55,139 nucleotides of DNA from Bigelowiella natans CCMP2755 (Eukaryota > Protista > Cercozoa), in assembly GCA_000320545.1 (NCBI GenBank), contig ADNK01001541.1, forward strand, positions 1-55,139, given 5' to 3'. The notes under the pieces were generated by a model. It saw nothing but the letters and a program-made list of their open reading frames with translations, was not told the DNA's origin and ran no database searches. Both the position numbers and the translations under genes were made by a program. Shown here one piece after another: positions 46,215 to 55,139 of this stretch (position 1 is the stretch's first letter; every line of letters begins with the position of its first letter).

Positions 46215-46572
46215 AGTCAGTTGTTGACTGATCTCGTCTCCTTTGCCTCCCGTGCACGTTCAGAACTGTTGACGTATTCTTGCTCAATCCTCCACCTCCT
46301 TCCGCCGCTTGTTTCTGTTAGTCTCCCTTATTCTCCACTCATACGTTAATTTTCCTGCGACAATCGACAAACATTGTCGCAATACTTCAAATGCTTCCAC
46401 AATGTCAATTATAGCAACCTCGAAAAAATACTTCGCTTGCTGCCACAGAAGGAAATACCAACGAATACTTTGTTTCAGAACACTGTGTCCATCAAACTTG
46501 TTGCATTCCATGCAGATCACTTCCAAACTGATGACATGCGTGTTGTCGCATTCATTCAAACACCAGCATTTA

Positions 46573-47046
46573 CTTGCTGCATTGCGTTCAAACTCGACAC
46601 AGTTGTCGAAATTCAACGAAGGTGGCTCCAGGAGACTCAGGAGATGTTGGAGACTTCTTCGCGAGACTGAGATTGACGTGGGTTTTGGTTGAGGCCTGTG
46701 ACGATCATCCTGATGGACGACACTGGGACAGCCAGGAGCACCCACAGGCCTGACGAAAAAAACGAATGCTTCGAAGGCTTCAAGTTCAAAACTTCGAAGC
46801 TTCAGTTTTGTCACAAGTTGACCTGCTGAACAGAGTCGATGAAGTGTTGCGGAGACTTCCTGACGTTCCAAAAGTTCCAGGGTTGGGAAATTGAGTGTGC
46901 CCACGTCTGGGCGCGTTCGCAAATGGACGTTGGAAGTGATCAAATCAGAGTTCAAACTCTCCACTGAGAGTCACCTGTTGCCTGTTGCCAGCTGGCCAAC
47001 CCTGCTGGCCTGCCAGTCTGCTTGGCTGAGCGCGCGTGCACCACGC
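46573..47046. other. TpA-free block, left flank of the retrotransposon
   Basis: No TpA between 46573 and the LTR. Continuous with 52763-55139 once the element is removed. Confidence 0.85.
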
Positions 47047-47372
47047 TGTTGCGCGTAAGGTGTTCACAGGCCGAGGCGCTACGTGCACAAGTAGGCAGGG
47101 GGGGGGAAAGGCACGTTTGCTTCCTTTTGAAGAGTTGTGTTTATTTTTATTAAAGATTATATTTTTATTAAATCGTGCACTGCGTAATCATTCGCGAAGC
47201 TTTCGCGAATGCCGCCGCACGTGGGGCAGCACACTTCCGGTGTGCTGCCATGAGTCCCGCCGGAACCCACGTGCCTATGCTGTATTAATATCTACGTTAT
47301 CTATATTCTATATCCGCGACAACCCCTTTGTTGTCGCACGTGACTTGTGCCCGCGTAGTGGTACGCGCTACA
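47047..47372 (-). repeat. 3' LTR
   Basis: tgttgcgcgta...tacgcgctaca with a 10/11-bp terminal inverted repeat. Matches 52437-52762. Confidence 0.97.
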
Positions 47373-47380
47373 CCTCCCCC
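47373..47380 (-). other. Polypurine tract
   Basis: GGGGGAGG on the minus strand immediately before the 3' LTR. Confidence 0.75.
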
Positions 47381-47423
47381 AAGTCACGTTGCTCCTTCCT
47401 TCCTTCCTTATTCCCTTAGACCT

Positions 47424-50400
47424 TCATCGCTTTCGGAACTTCACCAACCACCAGGTAATAGATTCCTCTCTAACCTTATCTCCTTTGTCGCTTACCCAGA
47501 ACTCACCTTCGTCCTTAGGTTCGTGTCCATACCAGCCCTCTGCATCAAGGTCCCCCAGGACCTTATACCAGTGCTCAAAGGGTAAGTCGGGAACAGCTAG
47601 GTAGAGTAGCTGATATTTTCCGTCCTTTATTTTCATAGCTACCCTCTCCATATTTCGTAATCCAGGGTAGCCTAGATAGACAATCTTCATGCGCCAATCG
47701 TCGTTCACCCTGACCTTATTGTTTCCATATTCCACATCGAACTTAGGTCGGGGTCCTAAACAAGGCATTGCTCGCTCCCACACAGTAGGGTTTACTTTAA
47801 CATCCTCTAGGAGCTTCTCACCGATATCATAATTCTTTAGGTGACTGATGTGGCGCAAGGTGACCCTGTTCCCATCATAGATGTAGTACTGCTTCCTCCC
47901 CTTCCTCTCGGTAACCTTTGCAACGCCACCCCAGAAGGGGTCTTGTTTATTTCTCGATCTCAGATTTACCTTGGCCCTAACATACTGTCCTTCCTTTAGA
48001 ACTCGGCCATCGTACGGGACCTTCTCGTCTTCGCTCTCGGTATCGTCGTCGTTGTCGTCGCCTTCTTCCCTCTCCTTATCCTTGATACCTCCCCCAGACG
48101 TGAAGGTGTCGTTTACTAACCCTTGTATCTTGTCTGGTGTGGTGCTATTTATCCTGCTTAGGTTGGCCAAGGTGCGGTGGAGTCGCTCTACCTTGGAGTT
48201 GGACTGGGCATAGTATACAGGTGAGGCATCAATATTAGGGTGTGGTAGCTGTAGAAGAGAGGTCTCATTATCCACATGTAACTTCTTTGGTATCTTGTTT
48301 ATGCTAACTTCATCAGGGATAGCCTGGAGCTCAGACTCCCAGGTACGGTAGCAGTTAGTAAGCCTCTGCTTATATAAGCCTTTGTTCTTCTTAGCAACGT
48401 TGACCTTGATAATCTTTTTAACCCAGCACTTTCCAGTGGCCACATCAACGAAGGTAAGGTAGTGATAGCCATCGTACTTATAAACATCAATTTGCACGAT
48501 ATCTAAGAAGTTCCTTGCTTTGATTTTCTTAGATGCACGGCTCTTGCTGGACTCCTTGGTGGCGACGCCTGCCGCCTTCAAGCTGGAGCACCTGCAGCCA
48601 CGCAGGTATGTCCTTATCTCTTTTAGCTTGTAGGGCCAGTAGTAATGGTAGAGTAGAGCAGTGATATGGTTTTCTCCTACGTGTGCAGGTCCATGGGCGG
48701 TAAAGAGAAGGGCTCCCCTGGTCCGCCGTGGCACGTAGGTACGCCTAACATTATTAGTGTATACATATATCCTATCACTAAGTACCTCATGCTTGTGTTT
48801 GTATTTATCCAGGTGTTCTTGAAGGTGCTGGAGCTCCTCTGGCTCAGGCAGGAAGTCGCCGTCCTCGAAGGTAATCGCGTTAACCATAGGGGTGACCTGG
48901 GTAGGGACTTTCTTTTCGAACAGCCTGCTGAAATAGTCAGCAAGCTGCTTGTCTCCTGGTGCGTAGACCACTGTCCTCTTGTCCCTAAACTCTTCCGTGT
49001 CCGCCCTCATAGCTGCATACTCATCGTTAGGCGCTTCGAGCTTGCGGTCGATGCCTAGGAGGGGCTTGTGGTCAGTCATTAAGGTGAAGCTGGGCACCGA
49101 CAGCAGGTAGTATCTTAGTTTCCTCTGCGCCTCAGTCATGGCTTTATACTCTCCTTTTGTAGGGCTGTACTTGGCCTCAGCTGCTGTGCAGGCCCTGCCC
49201 CACACCCGTATGATCTGCTGGTCTTGGGTAAGTACAGCAGCCATACCTAGCTTAGACCAGTCTGTCCATAGGGTAGCTGGTCTAGTAGTGTCTAGCTTAG
49301 CATTCAATAGGGTGTTGCTGCATAACTTTATTAGGTTATCGAAGTGGGCATCAAGGCCAGCCTTGGCCCACACCTTAGCGAAGCTGAGGCCTACAGAGTT
49401 CTCCTTCCGGTAAGCAGTAGTAAAAGCAGCTGCAGTCCTAGCGTAGGTAGGGGAGAACCTACGTAGTATCCAAGCTGCAGTCTGCAAGAATGACTTTAAC
49501 TCCTTTGCATTCTTAGGTTTAGGGGCTTGCTGTAGTGCTGCTACTTTCTCGGGGTTTGGGGTGATGCGGCCTTGCTCCAGGTAATATCCACACCACTTGA
49601 TTCTTGTAGCTAGGAATGTACACTTCTGCAGTCTAATAGTAAAACCGAAGTGTGCAAACCTAATAAATATATTTTCCAGGAGGAAGATCTGAGCGACGAC
49701 TGTGTTGGTACATATTATGTCATCATCCACATACACAAACACAAACACCCACAACACAGACGCCATCCCATCATGTGTGTATGCCCTGTAGTTCTGACTA
49801 CTGAACGCATCCCCTGATATGCTTAGGCCGTAAGGGAATACGACGAAGTGCCACTTCCTGTGCCTGCTGGAGAACGCGGTAATGGGGCGGGAGGTTTTGT
49901 GGATGGGTGTCTGCATGTATGATTCATTTTTATCTAGGGAAGAGTAGTATTTGTATCCTATGACGTGTTCAATAACGTCATCTATCCTTGGTGTAGGTGT
50001 CTGGATCCTCTTTATTACTCGGTTGTGGCGGATGAAGTTGTGCGCCAGGCGGAAGAAAGGGTAAGTAGGTTTCTTAGCTAGCACATGTCTCACGTTCCAT
50101 GGTGAGTTGCTTGGCTCTATCTTCCCTTCCTTTGCCCATTCATTGATCTGCCACTCTATCTTTTCCCAGTCCGCTTCCGGTCGCCTATGTTCTGGGTCAT
50201 TGATGATGCACTCTTCGTATCCCTTCTTTAGCTCGATCTTTACTGGGGTAAGCTTGCTGGAGGGCTTCGTCGTCGGCTTGGTGATGTCAGAGTACTTCTC
50301 GTTTAATATTTTATTAATGTACTTTTTGCCTTTGTCGATATCCCAATCATCAGCTGGGGGGGTCTTGTCCAGTAGCTCCGTTATCTGTCGGATGGTCTTG

Positions 50401-52397
50401 CCGGGGTTCTTCTTCCGTAGCTCGGTAGGTGTAGGTAGCTTGTTGTCCGCTAGGTCCATAAACTCTAACGCATTAACGCTTGACTCAGAGGTCCACTCGT
50501 CAAGCCGTATCATGTTCTGGCTGATGGTCCTGCCTGACTTCTTTGGCAACTTAGCAAAGTATATCTTGTGATTGTAGAATGATATGATCCCCCCTAATTT
50601 TTCTAGGGCATCCTGTCCGAGGAGTAGTTCCATGGATAAAGTCATGGCTACTCGGGTCTTGATTTGGGTCTCCGCGTCGCTGCCAGGTATCTGTAGCTTT
50701 AGCATTAGCTCACCGACGGTCTTCATGGAAGAGCTTCCGTCTGCTTGAGCATATTTACGTTCTTTCTTAGTCACTTGATCCAATAGTCCTAACCTTCTTA
50801 CTGTGCTTAGGCTTATGAAGGACTTCGGCATGCTGCCACTATCCCAAAGGGCAGGTAGTTTCTTGTAGTCTCCGTAGCTGTCTTTAACTTTAACCTTGGT
50901 CATAGCAACTTTGATAGTCCTGTTAGCGTCTTCGTCATTAATGTTGCATACTCCTAAGTTCTTTATGTCGTCTAGGGTCATGGGCTTGTCTTGGTCCTGC
51001 GTTGCTGGTACTGCTGTCTTCGTCGGCGCCTGCTTAAGGTGATCTAATATTCCGTTTATCTGCTGCTGTATAGCATTGATACTGTTCTGCTTTTTGTTCT
51101 TATATTTATTGTTCTTCCCGTTGTTGCTGCCTTGCCATTTGCTGTTGTTATATCCTTGTCCTCTGCCTTTCTTTCTCTTTAACTTCTCGTAGTGTTCGTT
51201 GAGCTGCCTGATCGTCATCCTGGGTCGTCCTTCTTTCCTGTCTCTGCAGTCTTTAGCGGTGTGTTTCCCTTTACGTGAGCAGTATCCGCAACGTCGGTTA
51301 CCTTCCCTGTCCTTGTACCAGTCTCGCTGCGGCTTAATAGCGTTAATGTTTCCTATGCCAGGTACCTTAGGGCTGGTAAACTTGCGGTCCTGCTCCTGCT
51401 CGCGTAGGGATATAGCCTGCACTGCTGCCTCCATCGTGGTGTAGCCTTTCTCCGTAACGTAAGTGGATTCCTTTATCTTTAACTTGAACTCTTCAAACCT
51501 TGCCTGATCATCACCTGTGTTGTAATTAAAATCATGTAGTTCGTCGATCATATCCTGGAAGCGCGTGGCAAAGTCTCTAACAGGTTCTCTCTCATGCTGC
51601 ATCATTGCTCTGTATTTTCTAATAGCCTGGGGTAGGGAGTTAGCATCCTGTTCATTTACAAAAGCCTTCATTATCGCCTCAACGTCTCGTAGCCCACTAA
51701 CTGTAGTGTGTATTTTCTCTAGCTGCCTGATCCGGGTCCTGCCTGTCTCGTAAAGGTCCATGGCTTGCTTTATTATAGCTAGCCATTTGAGCTTGTCGTT
51801 TTCGGTGGGGTTAGGGGTAAAGTCGCAGAGTATACTCCTAGCGTTCTTCCACCACCTCCTTGCCTCACCTCTTTTCCCGTTGTATTTCGTTATCATAACC
51901 GGTGCTGTTTTAACAGACATGAACTGGGTGTTCCGCTGTACCGGCTGCTGCTGCTTGACGGTGCTCTGGGTCGTCCCCCGCGAGGCGCCCAGACCCCCGT
52001 CGTTCCTAAACAAAGCTGCCCACTCTGGAGGTAAGTCTGCTTCGTAATCCATGATGTCCTGCATGATAGCTGCCCAAACATCATGTGTCTGATACTTGTA
52101 TTCTATCGATACTTTCAGTTTGGCGTAGTTGCTCGCCCTGGGTCGCAAGGCTCGTAATGCCATTACGACCTTCTTGCTTTCGGCGGCCACGTCCTCGTCG
52201 TCCGCCTCGTAGAAGTTCTCCAGTGCCTCTGCTGCTGCATCTGCTTTCTTAATCCCGGGTGCTGGTCCCGGCGGTGCCTGTGGAGGTGTTCCTCCTCCTT
52301 CCTTAGCGTCCGTATCGCCCTTCCTTTCCTGTTTCTGCTCGTGCCCTTGCACGGCCTGCGAGCCAAAGTCCTGCTGTTCTTCTAGCTGCTGTGACAT
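47424..52397 (-). CDS. Gag-Pol polyprotein (1657 aa): Gag, zinc knuckle, protease, RT, RNase H, integrase, SH3-like region, C-terminal Dam-like extension
   Basis: CGYCSRKGKHTAKDC knuckle; ALWDSGS protease; LDKNESY, FPYGL and YVDD of RT; LWTDWS and TDHKPL of RNase H; HGPAH..CRC plus VQID/HVDN/KVER of the DDE integrase. Confidence 0.96.
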   Translation of the reverse strand: MSQQLEEQQDFGSQAVQGHEQKQERKGDTDAKEGGGTPPQAPPGPAPGIKKADAAAEALENFYEADDEDVAAESKKVVMALRALRPRASNYAKLKVSIEYKYQTHDVWAAIMQDIMDYEADLPPEWAALFRNDGGLGASRGTTQSTVKQQQPVQRNTQFMSVKTAPVMITKYNGKRGEARRWWKNARSILCDFTPNPTENDKLKWLAIIKQAMDLYETGRTRIRQLEKIHTTVSGLRDVEAIMKAFVNEQDANSLPQAIRKYRAMMQHEREPVRDFATRFQDMIDELHDFNYNTGDDQARFEEFKLKIKESTYVTEKGYTTMEAAVQAISLREQEQDRKFTSPKVPGIGNINAIKPQRDWYKDREGNRRCGYCSRKGKHTAKDCRDRKEGRPRMTIRQLNEHYEKLKRKKGRGQGYNNSKWQGSNNGKNNKYKNKKQNSINAIQQQINGILDHLKQAPTKTAVPATQDQDKPMTLDDIKNLGVCNINDEDANRTIKVAMTKVKVKDSYGDYKKLPALWDSGSMPKSFISLSTVRRLGLLDQVTKKERKYAQADGSSSMKTVGELMLKLQIPGSDAETQIKTRVAMTLSMELLLGQDALEKLGGIISFYNHKIYFAKLPKKSGRTISQNMIRLDEWTSESSVNALEFMDLADNKLPTPTELRKKNPGKTIRQITELLDKTPPADDWDIDKGKKYINKILNEKYSDITKPTTKPSSKLTPVKIELKKGYEECIINDPEHRRPEADWEKIEWQINEWAKEGKIEPSNSPWNVRHVLAKKPTYPFFRLAHNFIRHNRVIKRIQTPTPRIDDVIEHVIGYKYYSSLDKNESYMQTPIHKTSRPITAFSSRHRKWHFVVFPYGLSISGDAFSSQNYRAYTHDGMASVLWVFVFVYVDDDIICTNTVVAQIFLLENIFIRFAHFGFTIRLQKCTFLATRIKWCGYYLEQGRITPNPEKVAALQQAPKPKNAKELKSFLQTAAWILRRFSPTYARTAAAFTTAYRKENSVGLSFAKVWAKAGLDAHFDNLIKLCSNTLLNAKLDTTRPATLWTDWSKLGMAAVLTQDQQIIRVWGRACTAAEAKYSPTKGEYKAMTEAQRKLRYYLLSVPSFTLMTDHKPLLGIDRKLEAPNDEYAAMRADTEEFRDKRTVVYAPGDKQLADYFSRLFEKKVPTQVTPMVNAITFEDGDFLPEPEELQHLQEHLDKYKHKHEVLSDRIYVYTNNVRRTYVPRRTRGALLFTAHGPAHVGENHITALLYHYYWPYKLKEIRTYLRGCRCSSLKAAGVATKESSKSRASKKIKARNFLDIVQIDVYKYDGYHYLTFVDVATGKCWVKKIIKVNVAKKNKGLYKQRLTNCYRTWESELQAIPDEVSINKIPKKLHVDNETSLLQLPHPNIDASPVYYAQSNSKVERLHRTLANLSRINSTTPDKIQGLVNDTFTSGGGIKDKEREEGDDNDDDTESEDEKVPYDGRVLKEGQYVRAKVNLRSRNKQDPFWGGVAKVTERKGRKQYYIYDGNRVTLRHISHLKNYDIGEKLLEDVKVNPTVWERAMPCLGPRPKFDVEYGNNKVRVNDDWRMKIVYLGYPGLRNMERVAMKIKDGKYQLLYLAVPDLPFEHWYKVLGDLDAEGWYGHEPKDEGEFWVSDKGDKVREESITWWLVKFRKR

Positions 52398-52413
52398 TGT
52401 TAGTCAAATCGTT

Positions 52414-52431
52414 TCCCGTGTGTGGAAGCCA
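52414..52431 (-). other. Putative primer binding site
   Basis: TGGCTTCCACACACGGGA starts 5 nt inside the 5' LTR boundary. Complementary to a tRNA-like 3' end ...UCCCGUGUGUGGAAG-CCA; tRNA identity not determined. Confidence 0.7.
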
Positions 52432-52436
52432 AAGGT

Positions 52437-52762
52437 TGTTGCGCGTAAGGTGTTCACAGGCCGAGGCGCTACGTGCACAAGTAGGCAGGGGGGGGGAAAG
52501 GCACGTTTGCTTCCTTTTGAAGAGTTGTGTTTATTTTTATTAAAGATTATATTTTTATTAAATCGTGCACTGCGTAATCATTCGCGAAGCTTTCGCGAAT
52601 GCCGCCGCACGTGGGGCAGCACACTTCCGGTGTGCTGCCATGAGTCCCGCCGGAACCCACGTGCCTATGCTGTATTAATATCTACGTTATCTATATTCTA
52701 TATCCGCGACAACCCCTTTGTTGTCGCACGTGACTTGTGCCCGCGTAGTGGTACGCGCTACA
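52437..52762 (-). repeat. 5' LTR
   Basis: Matches 47047-47372 and is followed by the PBS and the Gag ATG. Confidence 0.97.
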
Positions 52763-55139
52763 ACGCTGCTCACAACGCGCATCGACGTGCAATTGGTTCG
52801 CTGGTGGTCCAAATCGTGGACTGGTCCAGTGATCACAAGGATGCGAAGTGCAACTTTCACTTGCGGGACGTGCGTCAGACTGGAGCCAGTGGAGTGCAAT
52901 GTGAGGCCAGGCCAGCAGGACTGAAGGAGGTCACTGCGCTCAGCAAGAGCCAAAAAGGGCTGTGGAGCTGACTTGTGCTGGGCACAAACGATTTTTTCCT
53001 TTGCAAACACGTTCAGTTTTTTCTGAAATGAACAACCATTCGATTTGAACAAGTGATGCCTGCGTGTCGCAAAACTGGCACTCGATTCGTTCAAGTGGTG
53101 TTCGAACAAGGAAAGCACTCAATTGCAAGCACGTTTGCAAACACTTCTGCTTCTCCGTGGTGGACATTGGCGTTCATCGTTCTCCAGTTCTGCGCAGCTT
53201 CCAGAGCAAGTCGAGTGAGCTAGCTGCACTGTGAGCAGCGCAGAATCGTTTCCTTGCTGCAGGCGAGCGTGGTTCCGTGCACGCGGCGCTCGGCGCCAGC
53301 CTGGTGAGTTGCCAGTTGTGCTCTTCCAACCACGCCCGCGAATTGCCGAGTCGCACCATCACTTGTTGGCTGGTCTGTGTGCAGCTGGCGCACAACCAAT
53401 GATCCAGTGGCGCAACAACACGACCAAGTGGGTGTGCCTGCTGCCCTGCTAGCCTGCAGCCAGCAGAGCAGCACTGCTGGACTGGATTGGACCACACAAA
53501 CACGTGCTGTGCAACTCAGGTGCACAGCTGCTGGACAGGCAGACACGTCCAGGTGACGACCACACCTTGCCCAATGAACCGTGCAACACTGGGCTGTGTG
53601 ACGAGCGGGGCCATGCACGACGTGTGCGCTCACGTGGCCAGGAGCAACGCGCGTGGCCACGGAATCACGTGGACATGCATGTCCCTGCACGTGCAGCTTT
53701 CTGCGACACGTGTGCATCGCATGCTTCACGTGCACCCATGGCCACACGTGTGCCAAACAATGGCGCTCACACGTGCATGCATGCATCCATGTGCACTTGG
53801 CAATTCTCGGTGCATGTGCAGTGGCTTGTTTGGTGCGTGTGTGGATGTGAACAGAGCACGTGTGCTTTTTGGGTGCATGTGGTGTGCATGGGCACACGTG
53901 TTCCTCACGCGCACACGCATGTGGACACGTCCAGACGTGTGTCCCATGAATCGATGTGGTGCAAGTTTTGTGTTCAATTTCACTCTGGTTTTCGAGAATT
54001 CCACTTTCATTGCCCAAAATTGAGCCACTGATCACCTGCGTGCCATGCAAGGAAAAAACCTCACGCACTTTGGTTCTGACTGGCTCCAAGCACAGCAGGA
54101 GTTGCAGGAAACTGTTCCTCTGAGCTGTTGATCAAGAGCCACCTGACGTGCAGCACAAGTGGTTGCGGGCCCAAGTCCAAAGTCTCGAGGAGACACCTCA
54201 ATTTTTTTGTTTTGAGAAGTGCTGGATTGGGCAATGATGGACGTGCAATGCACAATGTGCACAGTGTGCACAGTCTAGCAGTGCATTGCTGTGTCTCAAC
54301 GTGTTCAATGCACACGGTGCATTGCTCTGTCCATCATGGCAAAATTGGGAAATCAGAGTTTTCACTTTTTCAAGGAAAAGCAAAAATGAACAACTCTCCC
54401 ATTGGCACGAGTGCTCAGGTGCTCAGAATTGCGCGTGCACAGCAAAAAGTGATGAAAATTGCTGAAAGCACTGGTCAAACGACACCAGGAGTGTCAAAAT
54501 GTCGACACTTTGCTCCACTTGACCGTTTGGTGCGTGGTCACATGCAGCAAAGTGTCGACATTTTGTGTGTTCCCACGCTGGACGTGCCGCACACCGAGAA
54601 TTTTCACAAGTGACCAAACTCAATTGAGTCAAGTTTGCGTGCTGTGAGAGCGCTGAGATGACTCACACGCGCGCACCTGGACAAGGGGACACTGATGCAT
54701 GAATCATCTCAGCGCACTCTTGTGGTCGCGAACTGCGAGTGGTTCAAAGGCAAAAACCACTCACACAAAAGGAAAGGTCGTGTGATCGAACTGATCAACA
54801 CGTTTTCCTTCCGAGGACACCGCTTCTGATTCGCACGCTCCAGATTGCACGTTGGCTGCTTGTCTTCTTTGTCTTCTTTTTGAACTTGTTTTTTCTTGTC
54901 TTGTTCACTCAGAGATTGCTTCTTCCTCACATTGCACTTTTGATTTTTGGAATTTTCTCACTTTTGCTTCAGACCCGACTTTTTTTTTTTTTGTTCTGAG
55001 CTCTGGCAGAAGCAGCTTGAACCTGTGCAAGCATGCCTGCATGAAAGTGCAAGACACAACAAAGCACAACGTGCACTGCCATTTGCACTCATGCATGTGC
55101 GCATGCGCACTCACATGCATTTGGTGGTGGATCGAAGCT
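52763..55139. other. TpA-free block, right flank of the retrotransposon, running off the window
   Basis: Manual scan: 3 TpA in 2377 bp, all CTAG (~53220, 53449, 54275). Confidence 0.92.
53960..54635 (+). repeat. Dispersed repeat, copy B
   Basis: Homologous to 19000-19610 in the same orientation. Contains inverted repeat AAAATGTCGACACTTTGCT...AGCAAAGTGTCGACATTTT (~54497-54564). Confidence 0.85.

Larger units (their letters stand above)
47047..52762 (-). mobile_element. Full-length Ty3/Gypsy (Metaviridae) LTR retrotransposon, recent insertion
   Basis: Two 326-bp LTRs with TG...CA ends, identical on visual comparison. 4-bp TSD ACGC (47043-47046, 52763-52766). PBS, PPT and intact ORF with PR-RT-RH-IN order. 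Confidence 0.97.

Noticed and set aside
46284-46964. 226-aa minus-strand ORF beside the LTR
   Set aside because: Lies mostly in TpA-depleted DNA and overlaps the likely promoter of the neighbouring gene. Competing frames are equally open and no homology was recognised. It may be a relic but cannot be supported.
47971-52366. Small ORFs antisense or out of frame within gag-pol
   Set aside because: Shadows of the long polyprotein ORF; no independent evidence.
53174-55120. Long overlapping ORFs (e.g. 289 aa at 53220-54089)
   Set aside because: Same stop-codon depletion artefact; no recognisable domain.

Overview
Chromosome end of an intron-rich eukaryote. A TTAGGG-type telomere occupies 1-119 and the introns are short GT-AG introns full of microsatellites. 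The style suggests a protist such as a chlorarachniophyte, but the organism cannot be fixed from sequence alone. Spliced genes, in order: NHL-repeat membrane protein (-), low-confidence hypothetical protein (+), VIT1/CCC1 iron transporter (-), CDC50/LEM3 flippase subunit (+), Rab geranylgeranyltransferase beta subunit (-), a divergent Pol-delta-like family B DNA polymerase (+) and an unknown membrane protein (-). A complete, very young Ty3/Gypsy LTR retrotransposon follows, with identical 326-bp LTRs, a 4-bp TSD and one 1657-aa Gag-Pol ORF ending in a Dam-like methyltransferase-like tail. The most striking signal is outside the genes. About 6 kb of repeat-containing DNA (17045-20265, 46573-47046, 52763-55139) has almost no TpA. 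By manual scan all 11 surviving TpAs are in CTAG, and two copies of a dispersed repeat differ by CA/TG/CG at matching sites. This points to a RIP-like but oppositely directed A-to-G hypermutation at TA[A/C/T] on both strands, which I do not recognise as described. A palindromic CGACA-N10/12-TGTCG motif also marks every gene-upstream region and the LTR. Gene boundaries and counts were read by eye and are approximate.
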